DNA from: an uncultured Chloroflexia bacterium
Lineage (GTDB): Bacteria; Chloroflexota; Limnocylindria; Limnocylindrales; CSP1-4
DNA length: 64,000 bases
Direction: 5' to 3'
NCBI GenBank assembly: GCA_963752475.1
Contig: CAVVYR010000006.1
Location: 32,001-96,000, forward strand
Shown piece by piece: positions 21,752-30,440 of this stretch. Under the pieces are notes generated by a model that saw only the letters and a program-made list of their open reading frames with translations, ran no database searches and was not told where the DNA came from. Within the stretch, counting starts at the first letter, position 1, and each line of letters starts with the position of its first letter. The translations under genes were made by a program, and so were the position numbers.

Positions 21752-21999
21752 AGGTCGTCGAACTTCCTGAGCCACGCCTCCCGGTCCCACTCGACTCCGT
21801 AGATGAGCTCCTCATCGGTCGCGTCGATCGTGACCACGCCCTCGTGCAGTCCCCAAAGGGCCATGCCACCGGTTGCGGGCTCGAGTCGAGCGACCCGACG
21901 ACCGTGGCGTGTGATCACGACCTCCTCGCCATTCTCGACATCGTCCAGCAGGGCCAGGAGCTTGGCCTTGGCCTCGGTTGCGGTGACTTCTCGGACCAT
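21748..21999 (-). CDS. Phd/YefM family antitoxin
   Basis: VTATEAKAKLLALLDDVENGEEVVITRHGRRVARL; GTGA overlap with the toxin; repeated TGGTCAT/GACCATATGGTC operator-like sequence at 21994-22020. Confidence 0.9.
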   Translation of the reverse strand: MVREVTATEAKAKLLALLDDVENGEEVVITRHGRRVARLEPATGGMALWGLHEGVVTIDATDEELIYGVEWDREAWLRKFDDL

Positions 22000-22131
22000 A
22001 TGGTCATCGTAATGGTCATGTGGCCCGAAATGAAGAGGCGGATCCATGTGGCAAGCGTGGCGAGCGACATCCGCCGAGGTCTTCGCCACCGTTTGCCGGC
22101 AGGTTCGCTCGGCTGTGGATAGGCTGGGCCG

Positions 22132-22884
22132 ATGTCCGCTACTGCCGACCGTCCGCATGTCGTCATCATCGGGGGCTTCCTGACCGAGTCACTGCAGTAC
22201 CGTCCCATGCGTCAGCGCCTGCTCGAAGCCGGAGCCAGGCGCGTGACCATCGCGCCGATCCACCTGCCCGACTGGGCGGTCATGGGGCTCGTCGGGCTCG
22301 GGCCGCTGCTGCTCCGCGGCGCTCGCGCGATCCGCGAAGCGCGGCGTGCGTCATCCGAGCCGGTGATCGTCATCGGCCACTCGATGGGCGGGCTCATCGC
22401 CCGGCTGGCCACGTGCGAGGTACCCCTCGATGGCCGCGTGGCTCACGTCGCGGATGACGTGGGCTGTCTGGTAACGCTGGGCACCCCGCATGCGTTCGAG
22501 CCACGGATGGGCTGGAGTCATGCCGGCGTCCGCGCCGCCGAGCATCTGGCACGCCATTGCCCGGGCGCCTTCCAGTCGCCACGGAGCGGCTATCTCACGG
22601 TCGGCTCGGATTTCGTCAAGCCCGGCCATCGCGCGTCGCGTCGCGCCCCGCTGCACTGGTTCAACGCCCTGCTGCGCGACCTCGTGGGCGAGACCCCCGG
22701 TATCGGCAGTGACGGCCTCGTCGATGCCCAGCGCTGCCGGCTCGCTGGTGCCCGCCACGTCGAGCTCGACGACATCCTGCACGGGACGGTCTACGGACCG
22801 TGGTACGGCGACACCATCGCCATCGACCGCTGGTGGCCGGCCGCGGTGGAGGAGTGGGAGCGCGCGCTCGCTACTCGGGGATGA
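22132..22884 (+). CDS. Alpha/beta hydrolase (lipase/esterase-like)
   Basis: IGHSMGG nucleophile elbow, LVTLGTPH, SDGLV. Confidence 0.85.
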   Translation: MSATADRPHVVIIGGFLTESLQYRPMRQRLLEAGARRVTIAPIHLPDWAVMGLVGLGPLLLRGARAIREARRASSEPVIVIGHSMGGLIARLATCEVPLDGRVAHVADDVGCLVTLGTPHAFEPRMGWSHAGVRAAEHLARHCPGAFQSPRSGYLTVGSDFVKPGHRASRRAPLHWFNALLRDLVGETPGIGSDGLVDAQRCRLAGARHVELDDILHGTVYGPWYGDTIAIDRWWPAAVEEWERALATRG

Positions 22885-23407
22885 TGGTGGCCAGCTGGCG
22901 CTCGAGGCCCTCCTCGGTGAACGGCCCCAACGAGAATGCCTGCACGATGCCGTCGGCATCGACGAAGAACGAGGTCGGCTTGCCCAGGCCCAGATAGGCC
23001 TCCCAAGCCTCGTCGTCGGCGTCGTAGAGCATCGGCCATTCGGCGCCCATGTCCTCGGCGAACGCCGCCCCACCCTCGACCGTGTCGTCGTGGAGGATGC
23101 CCAGGATCTCGAGCCCGTCCTCGGCCCGCGCCTCGTATGTCTCGACCATCAGCGGGAACTCATCGCGGCACGGCCCACACCACGTGGCCCAGAAGTTGAT
23201 GAGCACCGGCCGGCCGCGGAGTGAGGAGAGCGTCATGCGCTGGCCATCGAACGTCTCGAGGTCGATCTCGGGGGCCGGCTCACCAGAGAGCGGGTGTCCG
23301 CCGACAGCGATGGGCGAGCCTTCGGCATCGTCGGCCTCCGGTGCGCAGGCCGCGACAGCCAGGGCCAGGACGCAGATCGCCGCGATCGGGCTGAGGGCCG
23401 TACGCAT
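22871..23407 (-). CDS. TlpA/ResA-like thiol-disulfide oxidoreductase lipoprotein
   Basis: INFWATWCGPCRDE; lipobox VAAC. Confidence 0.9.
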   Translation of the reverse strand: MRTALSPIAAICVLALAVAACAPEADDAEGSPIAVGGHPLSGEPAPEIDLETFDGQRMTLSSLRGRPVLINFWATWCGPCRDEFPLMVETYEARAEDGLEILGILHDDTVEGGAAFAEDMGAEWPMLYDADDEAWEAYLGLGKPTSFFVDADGIVQAFSLGPFTEEGLERQLATIIPE

Positions 23408-23424
23408 CGGTAGCCGGGTGATCG

Positions 23425-24219
23425 CTAGGAGTTGCTGCCGGGAAGCAACGAGAGGAGCCACGGCAGCAGCGTCAGGCCGATGGCGAAGGCGCCGACGATG
23501 AAGTAGACCGGGATGAGGCGGACGGGCCAGGCCTTCTCTGGGTCGCGGTCGGCCTGCGTGGGGTGTCCGTGCTCCTCGACATCGTCGAGTTCCCGTCCTG
23601 CATCGAGCAGCCAGCCGATGATGGCGATGGTGGCCATGAGCGCGCCGCCGATGAACATGGCCGCCCCGAAGACAAGGCCCGAAGCCAGGAACAGCAGCCC
23701 CACCGGGGCCAGCAGCGGCCAGGCCGAAGGGCCGGGAAGATGGATGCCGTCAGGCGGTGTCAGCGACCAACCCGGGATGTCGGCGGTCTCGTCGGGGGTG
23801 CCGTGTCCGCCGGCCTCGACGGCCACGTACTCCTTGCCCGCATCGAGGTACCAGCCCACGATGCCGACGACCGCGACGGTCACGCCGAAGAGCAGGACGA
23901 TCATGTTGAGGGCCGACTCGAGCGGCCCGAGGGCGACGGCGAAGAGGATGAAGAGCAGGCCCACGGGACCCACGAGGGGCCAGAACGAGGGGCCGGGCAG
24001 GTGCATGTCCTCCGGCTTGCGGCCTGGCGGGATGGGCTTGGGCACGCGCGAGGCGTTGCCCTCGGCGTTGACGCGCCACATCCAGATGACCGCACCGACG
24101 ACGCCCAGGATGGCGAACACGACCAGCAGCGGCAAATACTGGATGAGGTCATTCCAGACCGGGATGATGATCGCCGCGGTCGTCTCGAGGATCCAGGTCC
24201 AGAGCTCGTTGAGGTTCAC
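23425..24219 (-). CDS. Cytochrome c oxidase subunit IV (CtaF) C-terminal-like protein with tandem duplicated module
   Basis: Two repeats, HLPGPSFWPL...GWYLDAGKE and HLPGPSAWPL...GWLLDAGRE; within the cox operon. Confidence 0.65.
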   Translation of the reverse strand: MNLNELWTWILETTAAIIIPVWNDLIQYLPLLVVFAILGVVGAVIWMWRVNAEGNASRVPKPIPPGRKPEDMHLPGPSFWPLVGPVGLLFILFAVALGPLESALNMIVLLFGVTVAVVGIVGWYLDAGKEYVAVEAGGHGTPDETADIPGWSLTPPDGIHLPGPSAWPLLAPVGLLFLASGLVFGAAMFIGGALMATIAIIGWLLDAGRELDDVEEHGHPTQADRDPEKAWPVRLIPVYFIVGAFAIGLTLLPWLLSLLPGSNS

Positions 24220-24264
24220 ACGCTTCCCTGTGGCTTGATCGTCAGGCCGATGCTACCGCGAGCC

Positions 24265-24462
24265 CTAGAGGTCGCGTGCGCCGCGCAGGATGACCAGGAA
24301 GCCGAAGCCCATCGAGACGCCAAGGCAGATGAGCAACAATGCTCCGCCCGGATCGATGATGGTTCCGTCACCGCTCATCTCCTGCAGCACGAAGTAGAGG
24401 ATGCCGATGACGACGGGGATGATGCCCATGAGCAGGGCCGCCAGCGTCTGGGTCCGGGTCAT
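24265..24462 (-). CDS. Small 2-TM protein, CtaF N-terminal-like
   Basis: ILYF...DPGGALLLICLG; follows ctaE; GGAAGG RBS. Confidence 0.6.
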   Translation of the reverse strand: MTRTQTLAALLMGIIPVVIGILYFVLQEMSGDGTIIDPGGALLLICLGVSMGFGFLVILRGARDL

Positions 24463-24473
24463 GTCCTTCCCCC

Positions 24474-25109
24474 CTACTTGATGATGTAGATGGTCACGAA
24501 CAGCAGGATCCAGACCACGTCCACGAAGTGCCAGTAGTAGTGGACGGCCTCGACCGCCACGTGGTGCTTCTTCGTGAACTGACCCGCGATGCCTCGGCTG
24601 AGGATGACCACGAGGCCGATGACGCCACCCAGCACGTGCGCGCCGTGGAAGCCGGTCATGGTGTAGAAGAGCGTGCCGTAGACACCGCTGTCGATACCGA
24701 AGTCATCGTGCGTGATGAGCACGTAGTAGTCGTATGCCTGGATGGCCAGGAAGACGAGGCCGAGGATGAGCGTGATGCCCACCGCGCGGTTGAGGCCGGT
24801 GCGGTCGCCCTGGCGGATCCGGCTCGTGCCCCACTGCATGGTGAACGAGCTGATGACCAGGATGATCGTGCCGATCAGCGGCAGGCCCCAGGGATCGATG
24901 AACTCGGTGCCCTCGGGCGGGAAGACCGGCAGCGTGGCCTTGGCGTTGAAGTAGGCCGCGAACAGCGCCGCGAAGAACATCACCTCGGAGGCGATGAACA
25001 GCATCATGCCCAGCAGCGCTGGGTCCATGCCGCCGCGCTTGGCGTCGTGCCCGGAGACGAGCTCCTCCTCGGACATCTGTGGTTCGAGTGCTTCGGTGTT
25101 CGCCGTCAC
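24474..25109 (-). CDS. ctaE: Cytochrome c oxidase subunit III
   Basis: LFIASEVMFFAALF, TGFHGAHV, YWHFVDVVW. Confidence 0.95.
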   Translation of the reverse strand: MTANTEALEPQMSEEELVSGHDAKRGGMDPALLGMMLFIASEVMFFAALFAAYFNAKATLPVFPPEGTEFIDPWGLPLIGTIILVISSFTMQWGTSRIRQGDRTGLNRAVGITLILGLVFLAIQAYDYYVLITHDDFGIDSGVYGTLFYTMTGFHGAHVLGGVIGLVVILSRGIAGQFTKKHHVAVEAVHYYWHFVDVVWILLFVTIYIIK

Positions 25110-26773
25110 GATGCGGCCCCCTCGGTCTCCGGCTCCGGTTCAGGTGTCGCCCCGTGTCCCACGCCGGGGTACTTCTGATCGAACACCGGGCGCTCCGAGT
25201 GGATCTCCGGCAGCTTGTCGAAGTTCCACGGCGGCGGCGGGCTGGTCGTGGCCCACTCGAGGGTGCTGGCATCCCAGGGGTCGGACTCGCTGTCAGCCGG
25301 CTTGCGCAGGGTGACGAAGACGTTCCACAGGAAGATGGGCACGCTCGCGGCGATCATGAAGGCGCCGACCGTGGACAGGAAGTTGAGCTCCGTCCAGCCG
25401 GCGTTGCCCGAGTAGTCGGAGATGCGCCGGATCATGCCGTCGAGCCCGAGCATGTGCTGCGGGAAGAAGGCCAGGTTGGTGCCGATGAAGAGGACCCAGA
25501 ACTGGACCTTGCCCATGCGCTCGTCCAGCTTGCGCCCCGACATCTTGGGGAACCAGTAGAAGAGCGAGGCGAAGATGGCGAAGACCGCGCCGGCCACCAG
25601 GACGTAGTGGATGTGCGAGACGACCCAGTACGTGGAGTGGACCATGAAGTCGAAGGGCACGACCGCCAGGAAGGCGCCGTCGAGGCCACCGATGAGGAAG
25701 AGCGCGATGAAGCCGACCGCGTAGAGCATGGGCGTGTCGAAGCGCAGGTGGCCGCCCCACATCGTGGCCAGCCAGTTGAAGAACTTCACGCCGGTGGGAA
25801 CGGCGATGAGGAAGGTGAAGAAGCTGAAGAAGGGGAGGTAGACCGCACCGGTCGCGAACATGTGGTGGGCCCAGACGGTGAAGCCGAGGGCGCCGATGGC
25901 CGCGGTCGCGATGACGAAGGCCTTGTAGCCGAAGAGCGGCTTGCGGCTGAAGACCGGGATGATCTCGCTGATGATGCCGAAGGCCGGCAGGATCAGGATG
26001 TACACCTCCGGATGGCCGAAGAACCAGAAGATGTGCTGCCACAGCACGGGGCTGCCGCCCACCGCGGGATCGAAGAAGCCTCCGCCGTAGTTGCGGTCGA
26101 TGAAGATCATGATCAGGCCCGCGGCGATGACCGGCAGGCTGAAGAGCAGCAGGACCGAGGTCACCAGCGACGTCCAGCAGAACATCGGCATACGCAGCAG
26201 GCCCATGCCCGGCGCGCGCATCTTGAAGATGGTGACGATGAAGTTGATGGCGCCGAAGATCGAGCCGAAGCCCAGGACCACAAGGCCCAGCAACAGCAGG
26301 TCGACGCCCGTCTCAGGCGTGAAGTCGGTGTTGCCCGCCAGCGGCACGTAGAGCGTCCAGCCGGTGGGTGCGCCGCCGAAGGCGAAGGCGCTGACGATGA
26401 GGATGGCGCCCACGACGAGCATCCAGAACGAGAGGGCGTTGATGCGCGGGAAGGCCATGTCCGCGGCGCCCAGCTGCAGCGGCACGATGTAGTTGGCGAG
26501 GCCCGTGGTCATGGGCATCACGAACAGGAAGATCATCATGATCGCGTGCATGCCGAAGAGCTGGTTGTAGAGGCTCTGGTCGATGAACTGCAGGCCCGGG
26601 ACCGCCAGCTCGGAGCGGATGCCGAGGGCGAGGACGCCGCCCAGCATGAAGAACAGGAACGACGTGATGATGTACATCACGCCGATCTTCTTGTGATCGG
26701 TCGTGGTCAGCCACTCGAGGACGGTGGAGCGGCGGCTGACGTGAGTGCCCGCGTGCGCGGTCGCGGTGCCCAT
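25106..26773 (-). CDS. ctaD: Cytochrome c oxidase subunit I, A1 type
   Basis: DHKKIG, DMAFPRIN, WFFGHPEVY, WAHH, PTGVK, HIHY. Confidence 0.97.
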   Translation of the reverse strand: MGTATAHAGTHVSRRSTVLEWLTTTDHKKIGVMYIITSFLFFMLGGVLALGIRSELAVPGLQFIDQSLYNQLFGMHAIMMIFLFVMPMTTGLANYIVPLQLGAADMAFPRINALSFWMLVVGAILIVSAFAFGGAPTGWTLYVPLAGNTDFTPETGVDLLLLGLVVLGFGSIFGAINFIVTIFKMRAPGMGLLRMPMFCWTSLVTSVLLLFSLPVIAAGLIMIFIDRNYGGGFFDPAVGGSPVLWQHIFWFFGHPEVYILILPAFGIISEIIPVFSRKPLFGYKAFVIATAAIGALGFTVWAHHMFATGAVYLPFFSFFTFLIAVPTGVKFFNWLATMWGGHLRFDTPMLYAVGFIALFLIGGLDGAFLAVVPFDFMVHSTYWVVSHIHYVLVAGAVFAIFASLFYWFPKMSGRKLDERMGKVQFWVLFIGTNLAFFPQHMLGLDGMIRRISDYSGNAGWTELNFLSTVGAFMIAASVPIFLWNVFVTLRKPADSESDPWDASTLEWATTSPPPPWNFDKLPEIHSERPVFDQKYPGVGHGATPEPEPETEGAAS

Positions 26774-27768
26774 CAGGCGGCCTCCCCCTCGGTCTCGTCA
26801 GTGGTCTCTTCGTCGTTGCCGTCCGCTTCGGGCTCGGTCTCAGCCGCGGGTCCCTCAGCGTCAGCGGACTCGGCGTCCGTAGCCTCGGCCGCAGCCTCGG
26901 CCGCAGCGGGCGTGCCGCCGGTCATCTCAGCGACCCATGCATCGTACTCATCCGCGGGGATGGCGTTGACGCTGAAGAACATGTCGCCGTGGGCCAGGCC
27001 GCAGAACTCGGCGCACTGACCGCCGTAGACGCCCGGCTCCTCGATGGTGATCTGGAACTCGTTGACGCGACCGGGGATGGCATCGCGCTTGAAGAAGAAC
27101 GAGGGGACGTACCAGGAGTGGATGACGTCCGCGGCGGTGAGGCGGATGAGCACCGGCTCGCCCACGGGTAGGGTCATCTCCGGGGCGCCTTCACGGCCGC
27201 CACCGCTGATGGTGATGCCGTTGGGCTCGTAGGTGCCCGCCTCCTCGTCCAGCGTCTCGGGGTCCATGTAGTCGAAGATCCAGCCGAAGCGGAAGGCGTT
27301 GACATCGACGACGGCGCCGTGGTCTTCCGACTTGGCTTCGACGTCGTTCATGAGCACGTTGGTGCTGACAACGAAGAGCACGAAGACCGTGACCATGGGG
27401 ATGGCGGTCCAGATGATCTCGAGCAGGTTGTTGCCGTGCGTCTGCTCAGGCAGGTCGTCGCCCTTGCTGCGCTTGCGGTAGCGCAGGATGAGGTAGAGCA
27501 GCAGGCCTTCGACGATGACGAAGATGATCACTGCGATCAGGAAGATCGGCAGGTACAAGCCAGCCGAGGCGATACCCTCGGTGGTGACGACCTCGTGTGG
27601 GAACCCGAAGCCGTTGCTGGTCTCGCCGAAGAGGTTGGGCGCGGCGTCGTCGCCGGTCGGGTTGCTGTTGGACTGCTCGGTGCAGGCTGCGATGATGGCG
27701 CCCACCAGCGGGATCGTGGCGAGCTTGGCAAGGCGACCTCGCCAGGCGCCGGATGCCGGGTAACGCAA
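26773..27768 (-). CDS. ctaC: Cytochrome c oxidase subunit II (CuA lipoprotein)
   Basis: LEIIWT, DVIHSW, CAEFCGLAHGDM CuA ligands; lipobox IAAC; no fused CxxCH heme domain. Confidence 0.95.
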   Translation of the reverse strand: MRYPASGAWRGRLAKLATIPLVGAIIAACTEQSNSNPTGDDAAPNLFGETSNGFGFPHEVVTTEGIASAGLYLPIFLIAVIIFVIVEGLLLYLILRYRKRSKGDDLPEQTHGNNLLEIIWTAIPMVTVFVLFVVSTNVLMNDVEAKSEDHGAVVDVNAFRFGWIFDYMDPETLDEEAGTYEPNGITISGGGREGAPEMTLPVGEPVLIRLTAADVIHSWYVPSFFFKRDAIPGRVNEFQITIEEPGVYGGQCAEFCGLAHGDMFFSVNAIPADEYDAWVAEMTGGTPAAAEAAAEATDAESADAEGPAAETEPEADGNDEETTDETEGEAA

Positions 27769-27824
27769 GAACTTTCCCCCGTCTCTGTGTTCCTTCTTCA
27801 GGACCGGGATACTATAGCGTGAAG

Positions 27825-28859
27825 ATGCACATTAGCGTGCGCCGTTTCACCGCCCCGCCATACGGACGGCAGGCGCACCGAGAGACCCCCCGTCTCGGAT
27901 ACCGACTCTTCGCGCCGCTCATCGTCGCTGCGGCGGCTGCCTTCCTGACCCCGGCCGTGGCGTACGCGCATGGCCGGGCGCCCATCGAGCCGACACCGGC
28001 GATCCTCGTCGAAGGCTGGTCGTTCATGGTCGATGTGTGGCTGCCGGTCATCCTCGCGGCGCTCATCTTCTGGGCCATGTACTCGCAGGTGAACCGACTG
28101 CACCCCACCAACCCGGTGCCACGGATGCGGCTGTGGTTCTGGCTCGGCGGTCTGGCCGCGATCATCCTCGCGCTGGCCTCACCCATCGAGTTCTACGACA
28201 CCACCCTCTTCTCGGTGCACATGGTCCAGCACCTGCTGCTCTCGTTCGTGGCGGCTCCCTTGTTGGTGCTGGCTGCGCCCATCACGTTGTTGCTGCGCTG
28301 GGCCTCGCCGACGGCGCGGCGGAAGTGGATCCTGCCCGTGCTGGAGTCGCGCGTGGTGAAGGTCATCTCACATCCGCTGGTAGCTTGGTGCCTCTTCGCG
28401 GGTGTGATGTGGTTCTCGCACTTCTCACCGCTGTTCGACGCGGCTCTGGATGACTTCACGCTGCACCGGCTGGAGCATGCGCTGTTCCTGGGCTCGGCGC
28501 TGCTGTTCTGGTGGCCGGTGGTGGGTGCCGATCCGAGCCCACACCGCATGACGTACCCAGGGCGGATCCTGTACCTGGCACTGGGCATGCCGCTGTCATC
28601 ACTGCTGGGGTTGGTCATCTTCTCCGCGCGGCAGCCGCTATACCCGCACTACGAGGACCTCGTGCGTGACTGGGGTCCGACGGTGATGGAGGACCAGGCC
28701 CTTGCCGGCGGCATCATGTGGGCCGGCGGCGATGCCGCGTTCGTGTTGGCGCTGGTGCTGGCGGTTGCCGCGTGGCTGCGGCACGAGGAACGCGAGAACA
28801 AGCGGGAGGACGCCCGGTTGGCCCGTCGGCGGGCACAGGAGGCGGCACGAGCGGAGTAG
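27825..28859 (+). CDS. ctaG: Caa3-type CtaG cytochrome oxidase assembly protein
   Basis: LFSVHMVQHLLL, EHALFL, DQALAGGIMW; start uncertain. Confidence 0.88.
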   Translation: MHISVRRFTAPPYGRQAHRETPRLGYRLFAPLIVAAAAAFLTPAVAYAHGRAPIEPTPAILVEGWSFMVDVWLPVILAALIFWAMYSQVNRLHPTNPVPRMRLWFWLGGLAAIILALASPIEFYDTTLFSVHMVQHLLLSFVAAPLLVLAAPITLLLRWASPTARRKWILPVLESRVVKVISHPLVAWCLFAGVMWFSHFSPLFDAALDDFTLHRLEHALFLGSALLFWWPVVGADPSPHRMTYPGRILYLALGMPLSSLLGLVIFSARQPLYPHYEDLVRDWGPTVMEDQALAGGIMWAGGDAAFVLALVLAVAAWLRHEERENKREDARLARRRAQEAARAE

Positions 28860-29004
28860 GCGCCGCGGAGTCGAGCAGAACCCCCTCTGTGGGACAGGCC
28901 TCCGTTCGCTCGCCAGTGTCAAGCCCTGCTCTGAGTCTTCAGGATCGGCGCTGGACAGTCGATCGAACCCTCGTCGTCCGCTCGGGCAGACGCGCTGACA
29001 CGGG

Positions 29005-30006
29005 CTATGGCGTGAAGTAGAACTCGACGTCGATGAATCGGTCGTCGCCGGGTCCCGGAGCGGACGTCTCGAGGATCTCCTTGGTCGGCTGGCTCGGGGA
29101 GCCTGCGAGAAGCTCCAGGGAATCCTGGACCCCGGTCCCGACCTTGTCCTCGAAGTCGCTCTCGACCGTGATCCATTCCGAGTACTCGTCGTATTGGTCG
29201 GGATCCGGGCTATCGGACCACCACCAGTGAGTGCCGCCGATGGTGGTCGTGACCCGTACCTCGGTCAGGTCCGCCTGCCCGATGTCGGCGATCTCGTGGC
29301 TCTTGACGCCCCAATCCGCAAAGTCGGCCGGTCCGGGGTTCGTGCTGGTGGGATAGCGCCCCATCAGGATGCTGTCGCCCTTGCTGGGGACGCCATCTTC
29401 GACCGTATCGACGATCTTGCTGATCATCACGTCGCCGGCATCGAAACCGTGGTTGCCGTTGAGGTCCGAGTACGCGATGACGAGCGTCGGCGGCTCGGGT
29501 GGTGGTGGCGCTGCGGGTGGTGGTGGCGCCGGCAGCTCACAGCGCACGACGGGCCCGGTGCCCAGGTTCTGGAAGCAGCGGTCGGTACCACGGCCACCGT
29601 CGAGGACGTCTCGGCCGGGTCCGCCACTCAACAGATCACTGCCCACGCCCGCGAAGAGGCGGTCGGGTCCGGGGCCACCGAAGAGGCGGTCGGGTCCGCT
29701 GTTGCCGAGGAGCTTGTCGATGCCCGGGCCACCGACGATGCGGTCGGCGCCGCCACCACCACAGATGAGGTCGTTGCCACCACGGCCGAAGATGCGGTCG
29801 GCCCCACCCTTGGCCACGATGATGTCGCGCTTGTTGGTACCCACGATGCGCTCGCCCTTGTTGGTGCCCACGATCGTGGCGGGCTTGCCGAAGCACTTGG
29901 GCTTGGCCGCGCTCGCGGGTGTGGCGACGCTGGCCACCGATAGCGAAGCCAGCACTGCGGCTGACGTGACGACCGCGATCGTGCGGCGGAGCCGGTCGGT
30001 GTGCAT
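29005..30006 (-). CDS. Secreted protein with RTX/hemolysin-type Ca-binding repeats
   Basis: Signal peptide, CFGKPATIVGT, several GGxGxD nonapeptides, Pro-rich linker, acidic C-terminal domain. Confidence 0.8.
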   Translation of the reverse strand: MHTDRLRRTIAVVTSAAVLASLSVASVATPASAAKPKCFGKPATIVGTNKGERIVGTNKRDIIVAKGGADRIFGRGGNDLICGGGGADRIVGGPGIDKLLGNSGPDRLFGGPGPDRLFAGVGSDLLSGGPGRDVLDGGRGTDRCFQNLGTGPVVRCELPAPPPPAAPPPPEPPTLVIAYSDLNGNHGFDAGDVMISKIVDTVEDGVPSKGDSILMGRYPTSTNPGPADFADWGVKSHEIADIGQADLTEVRVTTTIGGTHWWWSDSPDPDQYDEYSEWITVESDFEDKVGTGVQDSLELLAGSPSQPTKEILETSAPGPGDDRFIDVEFYFTP

Positions 30007-30118
30007 GGTGCAGAGGTCCCTCCCGTGGCAGGTCAGCGCGACCAGGAGGCGGGCGCCCGACCCGTGCGTGGGAAGGTACAGCGACTCGATGCGAATCGCC
30101 AGCCCGATACGAGCCGAG

Positions 30119-30436
30119 CTAGTGGGCCTCGTCGTCGAGCTGGGTCACGACGAGGCGGTCCCCATCGGTCTTGTAGGTGACCTCGATGACGTCACCGATG
30201 ACCTTGTGCTCGGTCAGGTGTGACGCCGGGAACTCGGAGCGGAACTCCAGCTCGGTGGTGTCGAACGTGAGCCGCTCGCCGTCACCCGAGACGAGCACGA
30301 AGCTGTCCACGCGCCCGAGGGCAGGGGAGTCGACGTCGATGACCACGCCTCTCTCCTGCTGGAGCGTGGGCTCGCAGGCGACGACGGCCAGGGCACCCGC
30401 GAGCGCGACCAGCGCCAACCGCATCGGCCGGATCAT
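30119..30436 (-). CDS. Small lipoprotein, beta-rich
   Basis: Lipobox VVAC; directly downstream of ctaAB. Confidence 0.7.
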   Translation of the reverse strand: MIRPMRLALVALAGALAVVACEPTLQQERGVVIDVDSPALGRVDSFVLVSGDGERLTFDTTELEFRSEFPASHLTEHKVIGDVIEVTYKTDGDRLVVTQLDDEAH

Positions 30437-30440
30437 GGCC

